In this document: positions 1 to 9,199 of the stretch, piece by piece
How the letters are laid out: every line of letters begins with the position of its first letter
Position numbering within the stretch: position 1 is the first letter of the stretch
The notes under the pieces: model-generated
The model's input: the letters and a program-made list of their open reading frames with translations, nothing else
Databases searched by the model: none
What the model was told of the DNA's origin: nothing
Translations under genes and position numbers: made by a program
Origin: an uncultured Solirubrobacteraceae bacterium
GTDB taxonomy: Bacteria; Actinomycetota; Thermoleophilia; Solirubrobacterales; Solirubrobacteraceae
Reading direction: 5' to 3'
Assembly: GCA_964588985.1 (NCBI GenBank)
Contig: CAZPQW010000016.1
Location: 15,452-79,451 of the forward strand
Length of the DNA: 64,000 bases

Positions 1-137
1 GACCGTTGGACGATATGGCTCGGCGGTGGGGGTAATCACGCAGCGAAACTGTCGACACAAACGCAACGCACGGGAGGCTTAGCGTAGGTGAGGGGAGGCG
101 GAACGGATCTCCGTTCCGATGGGAGTCGTATAGGTCC

Positions 138-1385
138 TTGGGAGTCAAATTGAGCCAAAAGCTTGAGGGTCTCACGGCCACCGCGGGTGACACCGCCGTG
201 GTCGAGATCGAGGAGTTGCAGGGGATCATCAGCGAAGGTCAGGAAAAGGGATTCCTGGCGGCCGACGTACTCATCGCGGCGGTCGAGGAGGCGGAGCTCT
301 CGCCTCAGCAGACACACGACCTGTTCAGCTATCTGGAGGAGCACGGGATCGACCTCGCCGGTGCAGGCGAGGCGACGGGAGAGCTGCACCCGGAGGGGCG
401 CGAGCGTCCCGCCACCGAGCAGCCCGACGCACCGGCCGGCGACGGCGCGGAGCTTGCGAGCGTCGAGCACGACGAGGTCGAGGACCGCGACGAGCAGATC
501 CAGGGCCTGCACTCGCGCCTGGAGGATCTCAAACGGCCCGACATCGACCTCACGGTCGAGCCGAGCCTCGACTCGCTGCGGCTGTACCTGCGCTCGATCG
601 GGCGGGTGCCGCTGCTGAGCGCCGAGGAGGAGGTCGCGCTCGCGAAGCGCATCGAACGCGGCGACGTCGCCGCCAAGCAGCACATGGTCGAGGCCAACCT
701 GCGCCTCGTCGTGTCGATCGCCAAGGGCTACGTCGGACGTGGCCTCACGCTGCTCGACCTGATCCAGGAGGGATCGCTCGGGCTGATCAGGGCGGTGGAG
801 AAGTTCGACCACCGCCGCGGCTACAAGTTCTCCACCTACGCCACCTGGTGGATCCGCCAGGCGGTCACCCGCTCGCTCGCCGACAAGGGACGCACCATCC
901 GCATCCCCGTGCACATGGTCGAGCGGCTCAACAAGCTCATCCACGCCGAACGCAGACTCATCCAGCAGCTCGGGCGCGAGCCCAACCCCGCGGAGCTCGC
1001 CGAGGAGCTCGAGTGCACCGTCCGCGAGGTGCGCGACGTGATGCGCATCACCCAGCAGCCGATCTCGCTCGAGAAGCCGGTCGGCGAGGAGGACGACTCC
1101 TCGCTCGCCGACTTCGTCGAGGACGCAACCGCCGAGTCGCCGTTCGAGATCGCCTCCGAAGCGCTGCGCAGGGAAAACGTCACGCGCGTGCTCGCGTGCC
1201 TGCCGCGGCGCGAGCGCGAGGTGATAGAGATGCGCTACGGAATCGTCGGCGGGCGCTCGCGCACCCTCGAGGAGGTCGGCCGCGCGTTCAACATCACCCG
1301 CGAGCGCGTCCGCCAGATCGAGAACCGCACGCTCAAAAAGCTGCAGACGCTGCCCGACGCGCAGCCGTTGCGCGAGGCCTCCTAG
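138..1385 (+). CDS. RNA polymerase sigma-70 factor, RpoD/SigA family (primary or paralog)
   Basis: Region 1.2 [21 protein letters not shown], region 2 [10 protein letters not shown]...[15 protein letters not shown], region 4 [22 protein letters not shown] start uncertain. Confidence 0.93.
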   Translation: MGVKLSQKLEGLTATAGDTAVVEIEELQGIISEGQEKGFLAADVLIAAVEEAELSPQQTHDLFSYLEEHGIDLAGAGEATGELHPEGRERPATEQPDAPAGDGAELASVEHDEVEDRDEQIQGLHSRLEDLKRPDIDLTVEPSLDSLRLYLRSIGRVPLLSAEEEVALAKRIERGDVAAKQHMVEANLRLVVSIAKGYVGRGLTLLDLIQEGSLGLIRAVEKFDHRRGYKFSTYATWWIRQAVTRSLADKGRTIRIPVHMVERLNKLIHAERRLIQQLGREPNPAELAEELECTVREVRDVMRITQQPISLEKPVGEEDDSSLADFVEDATAESPFEIASEALRRENVTRVLACLPRREREVIEMRYGIVGGRSRTLEEVGRAFNITRERVRQIENRTLKKLQTLPDAQPLREAS

Positions 1386-1464
1386 CCTCGAGCAGCCTCA
1401 ATCGCAGGCCGTCCCGCGCGGCGGCCTGCGAGCAACATCGGAAGGCCCTAAACTGACGGCCCCT

Positions 1465-1546
1465 GGCGGGGTTCCCGAGCGGTCAAAGGGGACGCGCTGT
1501 AAACGCGTTGGCTCTGCCTTCGCAGGTTCGAATCCTGCCCCCGCCA
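1465..1546 (+). tRNA. tRNA-Tyr (GTA)
   Basis: Acceptor stem GGCGGGG/CCCCGCC, anticodon arm ACGCG-CTGTAAA-CGCGT, long variable arm, T-arm GGTTCGAATCC; CCA not encoded. Confidence 0.97.
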
Positions 1547-1674
1547 TCTCGATGCGCCGACGGACATGGAGGTCCAGTCGCGGAAGATCCGGCCAACGCC
1601 CGAGAACATTAGGCTTTCCGGTGGGCTTCTGGGAGTCATGGGGATGGCTCGCTGCGCGCAGACGGTTCTGAGCA

Positions 1675-1723
1675 GGAGCATTTCGGGAGCAGAGCTGGCT
1701 CGGGATCGGGAGCATCGGAAGCA
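1675..1723 (+). repeat. Clustered GGAGCA direct repeats, possible integrase arm-type sites
   Basis: GGAGCA at 1675, 1686 and 1709 and GGAAGCA at 1717, about 130 bp downstream of tRNA-Tyr. Confidence 0.4.
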
Positions 1724-1817
1724 AAGGCCGTCGAGGGACGCGCGTCGAGGACGAAAAGAGGGCGCTAAGTGCCGAATATCACGCTGAACCGTCGAGCCTC
1801 CGTGTCACACTGCGGGC

Positions 1818-2798
1818 ATGGCGGAGGAGCCGATCAAGATTGATTCCGACTGGCTCAGGATCGATGTCGAGTCTGTTGAGATAGGCGACCCCGAGCCGGA
1901 TGGCACGCGGTCGCTTCGGGTCCGCTTCTCAAAGGCTCGCTACAAGCTCCAGGAGGACGGGAGCGTGCGTGACATTCAGACCAACGATGTCTTCCCGCCC
2001 GAGGTCTGGGAGAGTGCGATCAGTCAGATACTCAACGCGGTCGCCAACGGGCCGACCATCGAGTCGCCCAAACGCCAGGACCTCTACGAGAGACTTCAAG
2101 AGCGCTCGGAGGCAGTCGGCTACGCCCTTGAGCACCCCGAGTCGATCGAGCAGCCGCAGTCGCCGGAGAACCCGCTGGCCGATTTGGTCGGCTCTGAGGT
2201 AGCGGTCGCCGCCCTGTGCATCGATCTTGTCGGCTCGACCCAACTGCAAGCGAGCAATCCCGATGCCTACGGGCGGATCGTCCCGCTGCTGCTGCGCGAG
2301 CTTGCCCAGATCGTTGGGGACTGCGATGGGGTGATCGTCAACTTCACGGGCGATGGTCTGATCGCGGCCTTCGACGGCCACGGCATCTCGATCGCTGCCT
2401 GCGACGCCGCGATACATGCCGCCTCGGTCATGGTCGCGGTCGTCTACACGGCGCTAAACGTGCAACTTGAACGTCACGGCCTGCCCGCCGTCGATATCCG
2501 CATCGGAGCCGACGCTAGCGAGGCGTCGGTGCGCGTCGTTGGCAGCGCGGCCTCCCGTACTCAGCCCGACGTGTACGGGATGGCTCTCACGATGGCAGCA
2601 AAGATTCAGGCCGTCGGTGCGCCCGGCGAGGTCTGGATAGGTGAAAGGCTCCACGGCCACCTGCACGTCAATAACCAAGTGACCTGCGTACCCGTGGAGC
2701 CGCCTGCTAGCTGGCGCTTCGTCAACGGCGGCAACTGGGCCTACAAGCTCTACGCGATCCCTGTGCGATCGTGGGTAGCAAGGCCCGAGGCTGCCTAA
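1818..2798 (+). CDS. Class III adenylate/guanylate-cyclase-family protein, atypical (Pycsar PycC-like features)
   Basis: CIDLVGST and NFTGDG metal-binding Asp motifs, IRIG, DVYG..LTMAAKIQ, PGEVWIGE. Confidence 0.85.
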   Translation: MAEEPIKIDSDWLRIDVESVEIGDPEPDGTRSLRVRFSKARYKLQEDGSVRDIQTNDVFPPEVWESAISQILNAVANGPTIESPKRQDLYERLQERSEAVGYALEHPESIEQPQSPENPLADLVGSEVAVAALCIDLVGSTQLQASNPDAYGRIVPLLLRELAQIVGDCDGVIVNFTGDGLIAAFDGHGISIAACDAAIHAASVMVAVVYTALNVQLERHGLPAVDIRIGADASEASVRVVGSAASRTQPDVYGMALTMAAKIQAVGAPGEVWIGERLHGHLHVNNQVTCVPVEPPASWRFVNGGNWAYKLYAIPVRSWVARPEAA

Positions 2799-2940
2799 CG
2801 CAGCCGTGCTAACAGCAGCGTTCGGCTGGCTTCCTGACCGGAATCGCTAGGTGCTTGACCTGTTTCGCCGTAAATGACCCACCTACAGTGATCATGGTCG
2901 AGGGACACTGGCGCAGGTGGCCTCGCGGACCGTCGTGGCC

Positions 2941-3765
2941 TCAATAAACGGGCGTTCCAGCGAGGTCCGACTGCACAACAGGTGCCGCCAAGCCGTACCG
3001 CAAGCACACCTTCTTCACGAGTTCGGCTAACCATGCGGGTGCTGCTGGCGACACATGTACGCGCTCGATAAGGCGGTCAAGATCCACTGAGACTCTGACC
3101 CCCTGGGGGACCTGCTCATCGGGGTCAACACATCGCTCATCGCGCTCACCGTCAGCCGCCTGACGGCTGCAGTAGACCGCGCGCAACTCGCCCTCGAACT
3201 CAAAGCTATGCCGCTTGTGAACAAACGGGGCCAAAGCGTTACCTTCTGGAATCCAGTCCGCGTCGTAGTCCATGTACTGAACCCGTCCTATGTAGACACG
3301 TGGCGTTGGATCGCTTTCCGGCAAGCTTTCAATCGGTCCGAAAGCGCTCCTCAGTCGCTCAAAAGTCGAGCGAATCGCTACCCCTCCAGTCGGTGGTACG
3401 TACAAGCCCCAAAGTGCCGCGCTCTCGCGCTGGTTCATACTCCAGCAGTTGATAAAGGTCTCACGCCGGGCCTTTAGTCGCATCTCGGCGAGAAACGACC
3501 ACATCGCGTCCAGGTTCTCTGTAGCTACAGGCTGCTTGTAAAGCTCCGGGTACATCAATGGCCTCACCAGCGGGTTCACGCGGGACAAGCTCCCCTCGAA
3601 AGGATCACTCAGGCGCTCGGCGCATGCGAAGAATAGGGATTGGGTGTCGAGCATGGATACAAGCTTCGTGAAGTCGATGTAGCGCCAGACGACCGCTTGA
3701 AGATCTTCGGGCGGCGTAAACACGGGATGCTCTGTGTAGCGGAGGTCTAGCGGCTCGATTTCCAT
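2941..3765 (-). CDS. DUF2971-like protein
   Basis: WRYIDF...DPFEG...NCWS...ESAALWGLY..GVAIRS...KRHSFEFEGELR pattern. Confidence 0.8.
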   Translation of the reverse strand: MEIEPLDLRYTEHPVFTPPEDLQAVVWRYIDFTKLVSMLDTQSLFFACAERLSDPFEGSLSRVNPLVRPLMYPELYKQPVATENLDAMWSFLAEMRLKARRETFINCWSMNQRESAALWGLYVPPTGGVAIRSTFERLRSAFGPIESLPESDPTPRVYIGRVQYMDYDADWIPEGNALAPFVHKRHSFEFEGELRAVYCSRQAADGERDERCVDPDEQVPQGVRVSVDLDRLIERVHVSPAAPAWLAELVKKVCLRYGLAAPVVQSDLAGTPVY

Positions 3766-4216
3766 AGGCAGAACCTATCGCGTGCGGGCGGCAGTCTCGC
3801 TCAACAGCGGGCCTCAGGCGGGCGGTATTGACTTCGACGCCGTAAACGGCCGAACGGTCCTTTATTGCTGGGGATCCACCGCATCGCGTCGCCGGGAACG
3901 CTAACCGCTTTGCTGGGTTTCGCATTTCAGCGAGACGGGTTTCTTCTTTCGTTGTGGCGGCTTCCTAGGCCACTTGATGCAGGCCACTTCGCCGCTGCCT
4001 CAGATCGTCACACAGATGATCTCGGCGTTGCTGCGGCCGGACGTACAACCCAGCCAGCATATATCGTTCCCAGGCGATTGTCCCGGACCGCCGACTCATC
4101 CCAATTACCGATCAAAGTCAGGCACGGTTCCGATGCGGCCCCATTCCCATTTGAGAGCGTTCATCTTCCAAGGCACACAGAAGGCGGGGGCCGACGCTGC
4201 CGAGCATAGCCGTGCG

Positions 4217-4618
4217 ATGGGCGAACTGGTGTTGACGAAGGAGCAGCAGCTCGAGCACGATCATCTATATAGCTGCCTGTCGGTTCTCGATGGCAAGGCC
4301 GCGGCGCTCCTACAGTTCGACTCGATCCTCATCGCGACATCGACGATCGTGCTGTCGCTCCTAGAAGCCGGAGTAGATGCGAGTTCTGTAGCAGTGGCGG
4401 CAGCACTGATCTTCGCCACCATCTCGTCTGCGACGACTCTTGCCGTCATAACTCTATTCTGGACTGAGGCTTCCGACCTCAGCACGCCGGATGTCTACCT
4501 GCACCATCTACTTGGCGTTCGCGATCAAAGAACCGTCCGCTATCGACTCGCGTGGCTCGCCGCATGGGTGTCTCTTGCCGCTCTGGTGATCGGAGCGATC
4601 TTGAACCGCGTACTCTGA
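4217..4618 (+). CDS. Small 3-TM membrane protein, Pycsar TM-effector-like
   Basis: ATG 4217 in the 3974-4618 frame; LDGKAAALLQFDSILIA motif before TM1, TM2, polar loop, basic patch (RTVRYRLAW) before a C-terminal TM. Confidence 0.6.
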   Translation: MGELVLTKEQQLEHDHLYSCLSVLDGKAAALLQFDSILIATSTIVLSLLEAGVDASSVAVAAALIFATISSATTLAVITLFWTEASDLSTPDVYLHHLLGVRDQRTVRYRLAWLAAWVSLAALVIGAILNRVL

Positions 4619-4638
4619 GGCTGCCACCAACAGTAGGC

Positions 4639-5109
4639 TTACGTACCGATGTCCTCTCGCCAGGCCTCCGGCCAGCGCTCTTGGAAGTCCCTCATCAGGG
4701 CAATGCAACGAGCATCGTTCAGCAGCGTCACCTCTACCCCTCGAGCTTTGAGATAGTCGATCGCGCCGGGAAACGTCACGGCCTCCCCGACTACGACGCG
4801 AGGAATGCCGAACAGCAACACCGCACCGGTGCACATGTCGCACGGAGCGAGCGTGCTGTAGAGGGTCATGCGCCGATAGTCCCTCCTTCTGCCAGCGTTC
4901 CTGAGACAGGCAACCTCACCGTGCGCGATCGGATCGCCCCGCTGAATTCGCTCATTGTGACCAACGGCGACAAGCTCGCCGTCAGCACCCAGCGCAGCGC
5001 CGATTGGTATACCGCCTTCGCTCAGGCTCTTCTGTGCCTGCCGGTATGCCTCTTCGAATATCGCCCGCTCGCCGGGGTCGAGGACGTTCATGTCTTTCCT
5101 TTGTCGCAT
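4639..5109 (-). CDS. Zinc-dependent cytosine/nucleoside deaminase (FCY1/TadA-like fold)
   Basis: EGGIPIGA, HGE and PCDMC zinc motifs. Confidence 0.92.
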   Translation of the reverse strand: MRQRKDMNVLDPGERAIFEEAYRQAQKSLSEGGIPIGAALGADGELVAVGHNERIQRGDPIAHGEVACLRNAGRRRDYRRMTLYSTLAPCDMCTGAVLLFGIPRVVVGEAVTFPGAIDYLKARGVEVTLLNDARCIALMRDFQERWPEAWREDIGT

Positions 5110-5244
5110 TGCCTGGGAGTGAGCGTCGCCGACCGCTGGTCAAGCGTCAATTGATGACGCGTGAACCGCGCTGCGGTCACCGTAGCTGCTTGGCTGGTCA
5201 TATTGCGGGGACGAATCCACGGGAAGGGCGCTCACGACAAGGCG

Positions 5245-5272
5245 CAGTCCTCGACCCTCAGTCCTCGACCCT
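5245..5272. repeat. Perfect 14-bp tandem duplication CAGTCCTCGACCCT x2
   Basis: Read directly at 5245-5258 and 5259-5272. Confidence 0.85.
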
Positions 5273-5403
5273 CTTGGTTTGCACTGACGGCCCAGTCGGC
5301 CCCCGCCACTGCAGCACACTCAGAGCGCTGTGGAGTCTGCGGATGTTGTGCCAGGTCTCGATGTAACCGTGCAAATCAAAAGCAATGATATAGAATTACA
5401 CGG

Positions 5404-6567
5404 ATGATCAAGCGACGCGTGGGTGCTGAAGTCGCCGAGCTGCTGGACCATGTTCCGGCCGTCGCCCTCCTGGGACCGCGGCAGTCGGGCAAGACGACGC
5501 TGGCCCTCGAGATCGCCGAGAGGCGGCCATCGGTGTACCTGGACCTCGAGTCCGCCGCCGACCGCGCCCGCGTCTCCGAGCCGGCCCTGTACTTCGCCGA
5601 CCACACGCACGAGCTCGTGATCCTCGACGAGATACACCGTGCCCCTGGCCTGTTCGAAGCACTGCGCGGCGTAATCGACCAGGGCAGGCGCGAAGGCAGG
5701 GGGGTCGGCCGGTTCCTGCTGCTCGGCTCCGCCGCGATCGACCTGCTGGCGCAGTCGGGCGAGAGTCTCGCGGGGAGGATCGCGTTCGTCGAGCTCGCGC
5801 CGTTCGACATCACAGAGGTCGGCGCGGCCGAGCTGGACCGGCTCTGGGTCCGCGGAGGATTCCCCGACAGCCTTCTCGCGGCTAGCGACGCGACCAGCCT
5901 GCGCTGGCGACAGGACTTCATCCGCACATACCTCGAGCGCGAGATTCCGCAACTCGGCCCACGCATCCCGGCCGAGACACTGCGACGGCTGTGGACGATG
6001 TTCGCGCACCATCAGGGCGGCCTGCTCAACGCCGCGCAGCTCGCACGCGGACTCGGCGTGAGCGGGGCAACGATTGCCCACTACCTCGACCTGATGGTCG
6101 ACCTGCTGCTCGTGCGGCGCCTGCCACCCCACCTATCAAACGCCGGCAAGCGGCTCGTGCGCTCACCGAAGGTCTACATACGCGACAGCGGCCTCGTGCA
6201 CGCGCTGCTCGGCCTGCCCGACAAGGAGACGCTGCTCGGACACCCAGCGGCCGGAGGAAGCTGGGAGGGCATGGCAATCGAGAACCTACTCGCCGCGGCA
6301 GGGCCACAAGCTCAGGGGAGCTTCTACCGCACAAGCCACGGTGCGGAGGTCGACCTCGTCCTCACCTGGCCCAACGGCGAGGAGTGGGCAATCGAGATCA
6401 AGCGCAGCCTCGCGCCGACCCCCGAGCGCGGCTTTCACTCCGCCCTCGCCGACCTCAACCCCAAGCGCGCACTCATCGCCTACCCCGGACCAGACCGCTA
6501 CCCCCTCGCGCCGACAATCGAAGCGATCGGCTTGGCAGAGCTATGCGAACAAACACAGGCAAGCTGA
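5404..6567 (+). CDS. AAA_14 ATPase with DUF4143 domain
   Basis: Walker A GPRQSGKTT, Walker B ILDEIH, ESLAGRI, RGGFP, SPKVYIRDSG, C-terminal EVDLV..IEIK. Confidence 0.93.
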   Translation: MIKRRVGAEVAELLDHVPAVALLGPRQSGKTTLALEIAERRPSVYLDLESAADRARVSEPALYFADHTHELVILDEIHRAPGLFEALRGVIDQGRREGRGVGRFLLLGSAAIDLLAQSGESLAGRIAFVELAPFDITEVGAAELDRLWVRGGFPDSLLAASDATSLRWRQDFIRTYLEREIPQLGPRIPAETLRRLWTMFAHHQGGLLNAAQLARGLGVSGATIAHYLDLMVDLLLVRRLPPHLSNAGKRLVRSPKVYIRDSGLVHALLGLPDKETLLGHPAAGGSWEGMAIENLLAAAGPQAQGSFYRTSHGAEVDLVLTWPNGEEWAIEIKRSLAPTPERGFHSALADLNPKRALIAYPGPDRYPLAPTIEAIGLAELCEQTQAS

Positions 6568-7367
6568 GCCGCGTTCCTCTCAGACGACGTGGGACTGAAC
6601 TGGTCTCGGCCGCGCGCGGTCTGAATCGACACCCGGCGCTCCTCGAAGCGGCCAAACGAACGCGAGAGCGGCTGCTGGGTGACGAGCAGTTCATCGACCG
6701 GCTGTCCACGGCTCGCGGTCGCCCAGCCGACCTCGCCACTCGCGAGCTCAGCACGCTCAGAGGCGACGCTCCAGGTGTGCTGGGCGAGCTCGGCCTCACC
6801 GCTCTGCAGGCCTGGCAGGCACTCGCCGAGAACCGGGGTCGCGGTCGCGGCGAGGTCGATGTCGCGATCATGTTCACCGATCTCGTCGGGTTCTCCAGCT
6901 GGTCGTTGCAGGCGGGAGACGACCTGACGATTGCGCTTCTGCGCGACGTCAGCGACGCGATCGAGCCACCGATCCTGGAGCGCAGGGGTGAGGTGGTGAA
7001 GCGTCTCGGCGATGGCTTGATGGCCGCGTTCTGGGACGCATCCAGCGCCACCGAGGCCGCCTTCGAGGCGTGCGAGCGCGTCTCCTCGATCGAGATACCC
7101 GACTACCGTCCCCGGCTGCGGACCGGCATCCACCTCGGTCGTCCACGCAAGATCGGAGGCGACTACTTCGGCGTCGACGTGAACATCGCGGCGCGCCTCG
7201 TCGAAGCCGCCGAGCCCGGGGAGATCCTCCTCTCGGAGAGCGCCATGCGGTCACTCGGCGCGTTCGAGGTGAGCGCGACGGAGCGGCGCATCACAGCGAA
7301 GGGCGCCCCCGCGAATCTCCTCGCACACGCGGTGCAACAACCGCTTGGCGCCTCCACAAGGCCGTAG
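6543..7367 (+). CDS. Class III adenylate cyclase (Rv1647-like)
   Basis: FTDLVGFS, VKRLGDG, RTGIHLG, DYFGVDVNIAARL. Start uncertain. Confidence 0.88.
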   Translation: MRTNTGKLSRVPLRRRGTELVSAARGLNRHPALLEAAKRTRERLLGDEQFIDRLSTARGRPADLATRELSTLRGDAPGVLGELGLTALQAWQALAENRGRGRGEVDVAIMFTDLVGFSSWSLQAGDDLTIALLRDVSDAIEPPILERRGEVVKRLGDGLMAAFWDASSATEAAFEACERVSSIEIPDYRPRLRTGIHLGRPRKIGGDYFGVDVNIAARLVEAAEPGEILLSESAMRSLGAFEVSATERRITAKGAPANLLAHAVQQPLGASTRP

Positions 7368-7481
7368 ATCACGACGCAACTGCGGCCGAAACCCGACTGC
7401 ACCGCAACCCGGGCGCGAGGCCTCCCCTTGGCCCCGCGCCCGACCCCGTCTCCTGCGGCGACTCCCCCAGCCGCCGACCCC

Positions 7482-8993
7482 TCAGGTTTCGGCTTTGATC
7501 TCCACCGCTTCGGCGTTCTTGATTTTGCCCTTGCTCGTCAGCCCAGCCTGAGCAGGGGCGCCCGCGCCGATGGTGGCGAGCAACGTCTGGCCAGCGCCTT
7601 CTTCGAAGCGTTCGGGCGCCTGTTTGCCGGCGACGGCGCTGAACGCGAGCGTTGTCGAGGTGGCCATCTTCTCGACCGCCCCGATCGGCGCGATCACCGA
7701 GCCGCTCACCGAGATCTTGCTGCCGGAGGCGCATTCGGCGGTGAGCAGCGTGGGCGAGTGCGTGAGATCCAGGCCGACCGAGACGTGGAGCTGTTCTCCT
7801 TCGACCGCGTCGGCGATGAACCCGAGCGTGCCCGCGAGCGCGCTCGTGACGATTTCCCCGTTCGCCGCGCCGGCGCTCTGGCAGGCTTCCTTGCTCGTGG
7901 CGAGCTTGCAGCCGGTGAACGTGGTCGTCGCGGTGGCGGTTTTCGCGCCCGTGTACTGACCAGCGGTGACCGCGTGCGAGCACCGCACTCCCGCCCCTCC
8001 GACCGTTTCGAGGGTGCTCGCACCGGCGTTGACGGTGAACGAGGGCTTCGGGCCCGGCCCGGTGGTCCATTCATACCGCCCGCCCTTCGCGGTGGTCAGA
8101 CAGCCCGCGTCGGCGTAGCTTCCGCTGTAGGTCTTTTCCTTGCCCTGCCCCACGCCTTCGAGCTTCACGCAGCGACCGAGCTCGGGGAGTTCCCGCTCGG
8201 CCCTCAACGTCGCCGCCGAGACGTTCTCGAACGTGTTGTTCAGAACCGCCGTGTTGTGCCCCGCCGCCGCCGGCACGCCCGCGATCAGGTCCACCGAAGG
8301 GTCGATCAGGAGCGACAGCAGGCCGCCGCAGCCGCCCGCGCCGGGAACGGAGAAGCTGTTGTCCACCACCGAGCCGCCGCTGATCACGATGATCCCGCCC
8401 GCGCCCGCGAATTCGAGTTTGCCCGCGCTGCCCGAGATCGGTTTGTTCGGGGAGGGCGGGCTCGTTGTGCCGCTCGTCAGCTGCAGGTCCACGGGCGTCG
8501 TGTTCGAGCCGATGTAGCACGAGCCTCCGAGCAGCGGGTTACCGAGATTGACCTTGATCGGGAGCGACACCGCGACGCCTTTGCGCGCGAAGAAGTTCGG
8601 CAGGTTGAGAACCACGGGGCCGGTGAGCTCAGCCGTGGCCTGCACTTCGGTGAGCCCCGGCAGCAGTTCGATGCCGATCAGCCCGCCCGGCAGCTGGAGC
8701 GCCGTCTTGGACAGGGTGTTGCCGTCGGCCGCCGGGACGATGTCGGGCGAGGTCGCCGTCAGACCGCCCTGGAGCGTGATCGTCTTGTTGATCGGAACGG
8801 CCTTGTTGCCGAGGTGGAATTCGCCGCTCGTGGTGTAGGACACGATGCAGCTCACGACCGCCGGGTTGCTCGTGGGACAGTCGTCGAAGACCGAGAATTC
8901 CTTCTGGAGCCCGGCCATCGCGGACCCGGCGCCGACAAGCGCGGCCACCGACGTCACGAGCGCGACCAAGGCCATCCTCACCTTCAAATCCAT
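7482..8993 (-). CDS. Secreted beta-rich two-domain protein with paired cysteines
   Basis: Signal peptide ending AMA, AGGAGG RBS, G/T/S-rich with many Cys. Confidence 0.8.
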   Translation of the reverse strand: MDLKVRMALVALVTSVAALVGAGSAMAGLQKEFSVFDDCPTSNPAVVSCIVSYTTSGEFHLGNKAVPINKTITLQGGLTATSPDIVPAADGNTLSKTALQLPGGLIGIELLPGLTEVQATAELTGPVVLNLPNFFARKGVAVSLPIKVNLGNPLLGGSCYIGSNTTPVDLQLTSGTTSPPSPNKPISGSAGKLEFAGAGGIIVISGGSVVDNSFSVPGAGGCGGLLSLLIDPSVDLIAGVPAAAGHNTAVLNNTFENVSAATLRAERELPELGRCVKLEGVGQGKEKTYSGSYADAGCLTTAKGGRYEWTTGPGPKPSFTVNAGASTLETVGGAGVRCSHAVTAGQYTGAKTATATTTFTGCKLATSKEACQSAGAANGEIVTSALAGTLGFIADAVEGEQLHVSVGLDLTHSPTLLTAECASGSKISVSGSVIAPIGAVEKMATSTTLAFSAVAGKQAPERFEEGAGQTLLATIGAGAPAQAGLTSKGKIKNAEAVEIKAET

Positions 8994-9092
8994 TCCTGAT
9001 CCTCCTGATTAGGCATCGCTCTGTCCCCCTCCCCAGACGGGGCAGGGCGGTGATCCTACTCAGGTTGACGAAATCTCACAAGTACATTTCTT

Positions 9093-9115
9093 ATGCACAA
9101 GTCTTGACTTTGCAT
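9093..9115. promoter_or_regulatory. Imperfect palindrome in AT-rich upstream region, possible operator
   Basis: ATGCACAAGTC-tt-GACTTTGCAT; CACAAGT also repeated at 9077. Confidence 0.35.
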
Positions 9116-9199
9116 GGAAAGGTAATAAATGGCGAATTACTTAATAGTCAACCCGTGTGCCTACCGGTGAAAGGTGACACAACCACGACTGCCAGCCGC

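Larger units (their letters stand above)
1547..5308. mobile_element. Putative integrase-less genomic islet downstream of tRNA-Tyr
   Basis: Abuts the tRNA 3' end, visibly lower GC and freer codon usage, defence-type cargo. The tRNA 3' decamer GCCCCCGCCA recurs at 5299-5308. Right boundary uncertain. Confidence 0.45.
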
